The position numbers and the translations under genes are program-made. This document shows, piece by piece, positions 56,719 through 64,000 of a DNA stretch of 64,000 nt (positions are counted from its first letter, which is position 1; each line of letters begins with the position of its first letter). The notes under the pieces are model-generated. The model made no database searches, was not told the DNA's origin, and worked only from the letters and a program-made list of their open reading frames with translations. Origin of the DNA: Tetramitus jugosus (lineage: Eukaryota; Protista; Heterolobosea); contig OW569364.1 in the NCBI GenBank assembly GCA_937625935.1, forward strand, positions 434,001 to 498,000, in the 5' to 3' direction.

Positions 56719-58130
56719 TTAACACACGACACACTTCCTTTCTTTTCTACCGGAGGAGAGTTGCTCAAATGAAGACCCATTAGAGAACTCTTGGCAAGAA
56801 TTTCATTCTGTTCCACAGTTGAGACCGTTGAGTGCACTCGTTTCAGTGTACATGAGACAGTTGTGATGTTTGGCCATTGCGTCGCCTTCCTCTACGGTTA
56901 TGGGCTCCAAGCTCTTTGCTCTGAGATTTGCTAGCATTTCTGAAGAATCTCTTAGATCAACTTTGGTGCCCATGAGCACGACGACTGCTTGAGGACAATG
57001 ATGCATCAATTCAGGCAACCACTTGGTTGCTACATTTTCCTGCACTGCATATGTTGACCACAGAGAAACACAATAGGAAAACATTTGTGCATGGATAGCT
57101 GAGTGATCTGAGTCTATCATAGTCCTCAGGTCCTGCCGTGTCCCAAAAGGCAACATTTCTTGTACCGTACCAACCAACGGTCGAAGTATAGTTATCGAAC
57201 ACTGTGGGAACGTATTCGTATGGAAAGGTGCCTGTGACTGCTCGAATCAACAAAGAAGTTTTTCCCGTGGCTCCATCTCCAACAACCACAACTTTGATAT
57301 TACCATGTTCCAGCATCGTTGGGATCATAGGTTCCAAAAAATTGTTCATGAGACTTCTGCGATTTGAACTTGCGGTAGAAAGCGTTCAGGCCACCCATAC
57401 CGTAGTTCTTGTGGGTACAGTAGCTCAAAACAGGTGATCTTGACTGGATAGAAGTTTCGAAACCAGTTTGGCCATGTACTGAATATGAGCCTTTCTCAGA
57501 ATCAATAACTTGTTTCTATAGTTGGCCGCATCAGTGATTCGTCCTGAGGCATCGTTCAAAACTGGTTCATACTTTGGATGATTGATCACAGAGTGGGACA
57601 CAGATGTCCAGAGCAGGTTGTGTTCAGTCAGTTCGAAAAACTTCCATGTTTTGGAAACGAGTCGAATATTCATCCAGTCACGCATTCTCAAAAAGGATAG
57701 AATAACAAGTGGTGCATCGCTTGGCAGTTGGTGAATGAGATCAATGACATTCTGATCGATGAGTGCCTTCTTTTTCTCTTGACTGACAGGTAGTACTCAA
57801 TCTTGTCCATGAATTGGCTACGGGGTCATACATGTGCACATCAGAAAAGTAGCCATTGCTCTCTTTCCACCGAATACATAGAGGCAATCATTGTAAACAA
57901 CAGAGGAGCAAAAGTTACACATGGGAGCCACTCCAGTACTTGGTTCAATCTTTGTCAGGCCTGCTGTGAGGAATGGCAGTTGTCATCGTATTTGGCAAAT
58001 CATTGGAAGTTGTCAATTGTTTACTGTTGTCATCCAACAGAAGACCACCAAAAATGTAAACACTGTGACCAACGACACTGCTTGAGTGACCATAACGAGA
58101 GTGAGACAAATGCATTGTTGCGTGAAGTAC
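56719..58130 (-). pseudogene. Frameshifted Kelch + F-box + Rho/Rac GTPase fusion gene
   Basis: VYIFGG and LYVFGGK Kelch pieces, LPSDAPLVILSFL...VSKTW F-box, [34 protein letters not shown], terminal RKERKCVVC*. Several frameshifts. Confidence 0.75.
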
Positions 58131-58306
58131 AGGCTCACTAAAATTTTGAGAGTTCACGCTTGACCTTGAAACCCGAAAGGAGTATTTTCGTCGGGATGAA
58201 AAAACTAGAAATGGAAATTGCATCACATTCGCCTCAATACCATTAATGTTGTGACAAAACACATCCCACCACTAGTTTTTGAAGTTTGTGACAGTACAAA
58301 AACGTG

Positions 58307-61300
58307 ATGACACCTAGAAGAAAATTATCATTCTTACCGTATGCACTCAGTATAACACTGTTGTATACGACAGCGTTCATTCTCTCGCTTTCTGCTTACG
58401 GCAGTATCATCAATGTCCATGCTGCAACTGTGAACAACACACGTATTCTCATGGGCTTTGGCAGCAACAAGTACGGTCAATTGGGATTGGAAGATCCAAC
58501 TACACTGTGGTCATTCGATGCAACCAAGTACCTCAAGGACAGATCAGCCAAGGTCTTGAGGAGCTGTGTCGTCAATCATGATTTTACCAATGATAACGAG
58601 TCGTATATTGGCAGCACAGATACACATCCAGTCAATTTTGACCCCTTTCCATTCCATGGTATTCTCATTGATACCATGTTGAACGTGTACACTTGGGGCC
58701 ACGGTTCTCATGCTCATGGTACTGGTGATCGATTGATGAGCCACACAAACTATCCATTCCAATACCTGGTCAATATCAACAGTTTGAAATTGGCTGGTGA
58801 GTTGTTGAATGATACCTCAGTGTTATCATTGGCCTGCGGTAGAGCCCATACACTGATTATCACTGGTCTCAACAGAGTCATTGTCTTTGGTTCTCAACAG
58901 AATGGTCAGCTTGGTATCGGTGACAATGCAACCTATGTTTATTCCAACCATGTGGTTCAACCACAGAGAGCAGTTGACTTGGAGAGCTATAATTTTGTGA
59001 ATGCGTGGGCAGTGGGCAATCGTACATTTGTTGTCGATGATCAAGGTGATAGCTATGCATTTGGTGATAATTCATTGGGTCAGTTGTGTAGTGACAATAC
59101 TACAGCCAACAGATACACTACCCCGGTTGATGTGTTGAGCACACTTGGTGCAGATAAGACTATTCAAAAGGTAACGGGTGGTAATCGATACACTATTATT
59201 TTAACAACGACTGGAAAGTTGTATGGTTGTGGTTCTGATACAAACGGTCTAACCTTAGGACTGAATCAAGTCTCCACCTACCAATACTACTTACCTCAAG
59301 AGCTATTGACAGGAGAAACTATTAAGCACGTGTCTTCTATGGGCAGTACTACTGTGGCAGTTTCCAGTAGTGGTCAATTCTATTTCTGGGGTCAAAACTT
59401 GAACAACCAAATTGGAAATGCTTCTTCTGTGCGCACACCCACCACCTTTATGGGTGTCACTTTGAGTGCTAGTCAACATATTACACAACTCAGTCTAGGT
59501 AGATTTTCTTTGAGCGTGGTCACCGTGGATTCAGCTGATTACTTAAATGAGATTTGGGTCGTTGGTAACAACACTTTTGGTAGCTTGGGAGTGTTGAATA
59601 GTCATGACAGCCTACCACCAGCTTTTCTCTCCTCCTGGACAAAGCTCTCTGGTCAAACGTTTCCCAACGGCACCACCATTCAATCCCTCGACAGTAATCT
59701 CTTTGTTCTCACAAGTGACCAAAAGCTTCATGTTCAAGGAGATGTCTCAAGATTACCTGGTCCTCAAACCAACGTTCTCTCCCCTACTGTCATCAATGTA
59801 CACTCTGATGAAAGCGAAGAGATGATGATTGAGAAGATTGCTGCTGGTTTCTCTGTCTCTGGAGCCATTGCTAGAGTCAGTGGAAAATTGTTCTTGTGGG
59901 GCGCTCAGAGATACCCAAACGCCTTCTTGACCAAGGGAGAGTCAAAGCTACACGTCTTTGCACCAAAGGAGTTCAATGGATTGAAGGGAGTCAACGTCAC
60001 TAGTATTGCATTTGGTACCACTGATGGTACTGCTACTTCACACTCTGCTGCTGTCTCCTATCCGTTTACTCCTACTACGTTCTTTGTGTTGTACAATGAT
60101 AGCTCTCAAGCTGGTTCATGGGGTAGCAATCAACAGCATCAGTTGGGATATCAGTACTCGAACGGAACATATGCTCCAGTGTACGATATCGGTAGTATCT
60201 TGACCACAAAGATTCGTGAGTATGCAGTCAGTGGACGTCATACGTTTGCACTCGGTCAGGAAACAACCGACACCAATGTGTATGAGATGTATGTGTGTGG
60301 CGATGGACGTGTGGGTCAATTGGGTGCTGGTCCAAGTTTCATTGAACGTCGTTCCCTGCTCCAAACACAATCGGCAACGAAGATTGCCGTCGGAGATTGG
60401 CACAGTCTCTACGTTGACAAGAATAACGCTGCATGGGGTGCTGGTGACAACACAGATGGCAGAGCTGGATTCGTTGTTGCACTTTACAGTTCACAGTGGA
60501 TGCCAATTTCTCTTGGTACTGTTTCCAAGGTGTTCGCGGGAACCAAGTGCTCATTCTTTCTGTTGCAAGACGGTACTCTGTGGGCTTCTGGGAGCAATGT
60601 TGATGGTCAACTTGGACTTGGTAACACAACTACAACTGTCAAGACTCCAACTCAAGTGACTGGTCTCACTGGATCAGTGCTCTACGTGTCTACTGCAACC
60701 GGAGGTGGTGCTCATACCTTAATTTTGAATACTGACGGAAGAGTATATGTCAGTGGAAGAAACGATAAGGGTCAGTTGGGTCTCGGTGACACTACTACTC
60801 GATACAGTTTTGTGGAACTCGCAATCCCTGATGATCATCTTGGTTTGGATGTGGCTGCTGGTTTTGATCACTCTCTCATCCTAGTTGGCAAGAGAGCTTG
60901 TCCCAACGCCTGTTTAGGTGGTTCTTGCGATTATGTGCAAGGAGTATGCTCATGTCAACAAGGATATGGCGGTCCCGAATGCCAATTATTCAACTGCTAT
61001 GGACTACTATCCAATTCATCTCAGATATGTTCCGGCAATGGGGAATGTGTCTCGCCAGATAAGTGTCAATGCACGAGTGGATATACAGGATGGAACTGTG
61101 AAATGGCCATATGCTTCGGATCCAATGCATCAGATCCACGTGTGTGCTCCTCTCATGGTTCGTGTCTACAACCTGATACCTGTCAGTGTCCGTCGTCATA
61201 TTCTGGAAAGGATTGTTCTGTACCAATTTGCTTTGGGAAATTAGCTATTGATTCTCTTGTGTGCTCAGGAAATGGTCAATGTATTGCTCCTGATACTTGT

Positions 61301-62782
61301 CAATGCAATTGTTCAGATATTACAACTTTTGACTGCAAGAAACTTCCTGTCGATGAGTGCGAAGGATGGATGAGTAGTGAAATTTTGGGAGCACCACGAC
61401 CCTCTGTGTCGGCACAATGGAACTCTAAGTCTCTTCAGTTTTTCATTTCAATGACCAACAAGAGATTGCCACCTTCGATGAGGCACTTGATCGCTTATGA
61501 AGCATTTAATGGTGAGAATTTGTTCCAAAACTCCACTGTCTCTATTGGAGAGCTAATTGCAACAAATAACTGCACCAACGGCTACAGAGTTGTGATTCCA
61601 TGGACTTCGTCTCAACTCAAGAGAGAATATCTCACTCTGTCTGATTCCAGTGGAGATCAAATCCTCAAAATCTGGGCGACATTGTATATGCATTACGTGA
61701 ATGATGAGAAGAGAACTGTTGTTTCCTTCCATGCCTCGCAAGCTATCTATGCACAGTTGAACAGTCATACATTCACAGTGTTCAACACTACTAGTAATCA
61801 GGCCCAAGAATTGCTCAAGTTGTCTGTCCAATCTGTGTATCCAAGAGAAGGTGATCAAGTTATTGTTATTGGCTCTGAGTTGAGTATCTTGATGAGTGGA
61901 TATACTCTATCCAGTATTTATTTGAAATATTCCTCATTGGGAGCAGACAAGTTCGATGTGAGCTTCACTCTATCACCATTCTCCTCGCCATCAGCCATGA
62001 TTTACAATGTGAAGCTCATTTCGAGAGAAAATTTGAGTTCATTCTCAGGTTCCTTTGTTCTGCTAGCCTCTCTTACCAACCATACTGCAACCTCTAATTA
62101 TTCCATTCCATTCGAAGTGTCTTATGATATCATTCTGCCCAATCCCCCATTGAATCTAGTCTATGCAACGGATATTGTTTTGTCCCATAGATTCAATGGC
62201 ATTGAGAAGAGAGAATTTTCATCTGGTGATCAAGTGTTTGTCTCCACATCCCTCACATCTCAATCAGGCCCTGTTCTGTCCAATGACCAACTCCTTCAAG
62301 TTCACAATGCATTTGTGTGTTGTATGAAGAGTGGATACACGAGAGGAATGCCAGAGTTCAATCCTTCTCAGAATAGACCAGGATGCACTGTGTATGATTC
62401 ACAATCAATGTCCAGGTGGTTCCAACTGGTGAACAAGGGAGTACCCAATTCGATTACTTCCACTACTATCATTTCGGCAGGACAAAAGAGTTCCATCTTC
62501 TCATTTGATGTGAATGCGTTGGTTGATGTAGAAAGCAGAACTTGTTATCTTCATGTGAACACCATCGTGAATCCAAGATTTCAACTCAATAACGCTGCTA
62601 GATACTTGCAACAAGAGAATAAGGTGAACAACAACGAGCAATCTCACAGTTTTTCTTTCCTCAAGATCGCTGCTGGAAACTCCAAAGGCGATGCATCATT
62701 AGCACATGATTCGTTGAAACCAATGAGAATTCTTATGGTTGTGGCACTGGTATTCACAACTCTCGTCTCCTTAATGATGTAG
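58307..62782 (+). CDS. Cell-surface protein with RCC1 repeats and EGF-like repeats, hydrophobic C-terminus (GPI/TM-like)
   Basis: GSNKYGQLG-type RCC1 repeats, CSGNGECVSPDKCQCTSGYTGWNC EGF repeats, signal peptide. Confidence 0.9.
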   Translation: MTPRRKLSFLPYALSITLLYTTAFILSLSAYGSIINVHAATVNNTRILMGFGSNKYGQLGLEDPTTLWSFDATKYLKDRSAKVLRSCVVNHDFTNDNESYIGSTDTHPVNFDPFPFHGILIDTMLNVYTWGHGSHAHGTGDRLMSHTNYPFQYLVNINSLKLAGELLNDTSVLSLACGRAHTLIITGLNRVIVFGSQQNGQLGIGDNATYVYSNHVVQPQRAVDLESYNFVNAWAVGNRTFVVDDQGDSYAFGDNSLGQLCSDNTTANRYTTPVDVLSTLGADKTIQKVTGGNRYTIILTTTGKLYGCGSDTNGLTLGLNQVSTYQYYLPQELLTGETIKHVSSMGSTTVAVSSSGQFYFWGQNLNNQIGNASSVRTPTTFMGVTLSASQHITQLSLGRFSLSVVTVDSADYLNEIWVVGNNTFGSLGVLNSHDSLPPAFLSSWTKLSGQTFPNGTTIQSLDSNLFVLTSDQKLHVQGDVSRLPGPQTNVLSPTVINVHSDESEEMMIEKIAAGFSVSGAIARVSGKLFLWGAQRYPNAFLTKGESKLHVFAPKEFNGLKGVNVTSIAFGTTDGTATSHSAAVSYPFTPTTFFVLYNDSSQAGSWGSNQQHQLGYQYSNGTYAPVYDIGSILTTKIREYAVSGRHTFALGQETTDTNVYEMYVCGDGRVGQLGAGPSFIERRSLLQTQSATKIAVGDWHSLYVDKNNAAWGAGDNTDGRAGFVVALYSSQWMPISLGTVSKVFAGTKCSFFLLQDGTLWASGSNVDGQLGLGNTTTTVKTPTQVTGLTGSVLYVSTATGGGAHTLILNTDGRVYVSGRNDKGQLGLGDTTTRYSFVELAIPDDHLGLDVAAGFDHSLILVGKRACPNACLGGSCDYVQGVCSCQQGYGGPECQLFNCYGLLSNSSQICSGNGECVSPDKCQCTSGYTGWNCEMAICFGSNASDPRVCSSHGSCLQPDTCQCPSSYSGKDCSVPICFGKLAIDSLVCSGNGQCIAPDTCQCNCSDITTFDCKKLPVDECEGWMSSEILGAPRPSVSAQWNSKSLQFFISMTNKRLPPSMRHLIAYEAFNGENLFQNSTVSIGELIATNNCTNGYRVVIPWTSSQLKREYLTLSDSSGDQILKIWATLYMHYVNDEKRTVVSFHASQAIYAQLNSHTFTVFNTTSNQAQELLKLSVQSVYPREGDQVIVIGSELSILMSGYTLSSIYLKYSSLGADKFDVSFTLSPFSSPSAMIYNVKLISRENLSSFSGSFVLLASLTNHTATSNYSIPFEVSYDIILPNPPLNLVYATDIVLSHRFNGIEKREFSSGDQVFVSTSLTSQSGPVLSNDQLLQVHNAFVCCMKSGYTRGMPEFNPSQNRPGCTVYDSQSMSRWFQLVNKGVPNSITSTTIISAGQKSSIFSFDVNALVDVESRTCYLHVNTIVNPRFQLNNAARYLQQENKVNNNEQSHSFSFLKIAAGNSKGDASLAHDSLKPMRILMVVALVFTTLVSLMM

Positions 62783-63068
62783 GCACGTGACTGTTGAGGC
62801 ATTTCTGGTACAGACGTCAAATGAAATTACAATTCATTGTAAAATACTGCCCACTTTTGTCCTTATTCCTGTTCTCACGATTCTGGATCACCATAACCCA
62901 TCACATACTCAACATTTGGGTTTATGCGACTTACCGTTTGAGGCTCCCAGGCGGTTTCAAGCTACGAGTTAACAATCCAGTTATTTTAAATGATATTTCA
63001 GATCTAAAAGCTGTAAAAGATTTCCCTCTTACTCTTTTATACGTTCTCCGTTGAGGTAGCAGCTATTC

Positions 63069-63148
63069 ACGTAAAATTTTACGTTAACGTAAATATTCGG
63101 AATTTTATGTGAGCGTAAAAATTTTATGCGCACGTAAAACCGTTACGT
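63069..63148. repeat. Cluster of overlapping palindromes built from CGTAAA(A)
   Basis: Perfect 16-bp palindromes ACGTAAAATTTTACGT (63069-63084) and TTTACGTTAACGTAAA (63078-63093), with further degenerate copies to about 63148. Confidence 0.7.
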
Positions 63149-63624
63149 CTTTTGGTTGCTCACTCTCATACCTCAACAACAAAGGAACCAGACCAAAGAG
63201 AGGTTCCTATGTTAAGCTATATCAGATTAATTGTACTGAAGAAAAGAAGAGAGATATGGGATGTCATTCAGTACTGCACAAAGAGCTATTCAGAGGATAC
63301 TAAGTTTAAATTCATGGGAGAATCATGGGTTAAACGAAGTGCTGGATGCAATGGTTGTCGTGAGTGTCAAGGTTGTTCAATGGATCCAGTACTCAGTATC
63401 TCTTTTGTACCGGGGTCCACAATCATCGTAATCCTCCACATCATAAGGTGTGGAATTCAGCAATTACAGTGATTGAGGATACAGTTTTATCAAAGCCCAA
63501 CATATCTGGTTCTGATATGCAAATTGGATTACCAACCTCTGCCCCGCATTAGCTAATATCGACAGACTTAACGGTAGGGTTTGGGTTTGGGACATGTTAT
63601 GCCAGTCTGAACCGAGGCTTAGCT

Positions 63625-63721
63625 ATCATTGCGCTGGCAGCGTTAGCTGCCAGCGCTGAAAAAAAAATGAAAATTTTGATTTTGTGATCATTGCACTGGC
63701 AGCGCAGCTGACAGTGCTGAA
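63625..63721. repeat. Two direct copies of a GC-rich hairpin
   Basis: ATCATT-GCGCTGGCAGC-GTTA-GCTGCCAGCGC-TGAA and ATCATT-GCACTGGCAGC-GCA-GCTGACAGTGC-TGAA. Confidence 0.8.
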
Positions 63722-63779
63722 CCGATATAAAAAATCGTAACTTTTGGCTTGATTGAAATATTTTCATTGTTTATTAGTA

Positions 63780-64000
63780 TCAAATATATCCATCACTGTC
63801 TGATTCATATTGTAGATGAGCGAACTTTACCTTGAGCCTTTCCTTTTCCTTGCTGTATTTTTCTTCTGCTCTCTGAATTTGGACTTCCCGTTTTCTCTTC
63901 AGGTTGTTACACATTAGTCTAAAGTTGCCGTAGGATAGATTAGTTGTGTCACAAGCAACCTTGTTCTTTTCTTTTTCAGACTTTGGGAGTGACAATAATG
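63780..64000 (-). CDS. 3' end of an unidentified ORF entering from the right edge
   Basis: Basic/charged frame ending at 63780. No recognisable motif. Confidence 0.3.
   Translation of the reverse strand, partial: LLSLPKSEKEKNKVACDTTNLSYGNFRLMCNNLKRKREVQIQRAEEKYSKEKERLKVKFAHLQYESDSDGYI

Noticed and set aside
63577-63591. GGGTTTGGGTTTGGG telomere/G4-like tract
   Set aside because: Only 2.5 units and three G-runs.

Overview
Gene-dense eukaryotic (protist) genomic DNA with short GT-AG introns (GTATGT/GTAAGT donors). The gene repertoire and architecture suggest a Naegleria-like heterolobosean amoeba, which is an inference only. About 30 protein-coding genes are present, including a PSI-OSCA/TMEM63 channel, a divergent Hsp70, two phosphoesterase paralogs, SDF2, ATAT1, cyclins L and B, a class I PDE, a GRAM-VASt protein, an MFS transporter, ATP11, MED13, an SH3b-PBP/beta-lactamase-fold protein and an RCC1-EGF surface protein. 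There are also two identical dispersed 5S rRNA genes and one tRNA-Ser(GCU). Main finding: all three Pol III genes found in the window carry a poly(A)-tailed, TSD-flanked non-LTR retroelement inserted 38-58 bp upstream, head-to-head with the gene. The four insertions are an ORF1-only element, an 88-bp stub, and two 5'-truncated ORF2 ends from diverged subfamilies. Their target sequences are unrelated, but all share a 3'-terminal GCAAY...GTTGTAT stem. This looks like a position-specific, Pol III-gene-targeting LINE family analogous to Dictyostelium TRE5. The right end of the window has decayed genes and palindrome-rich, possibly transposon-derived DNA.
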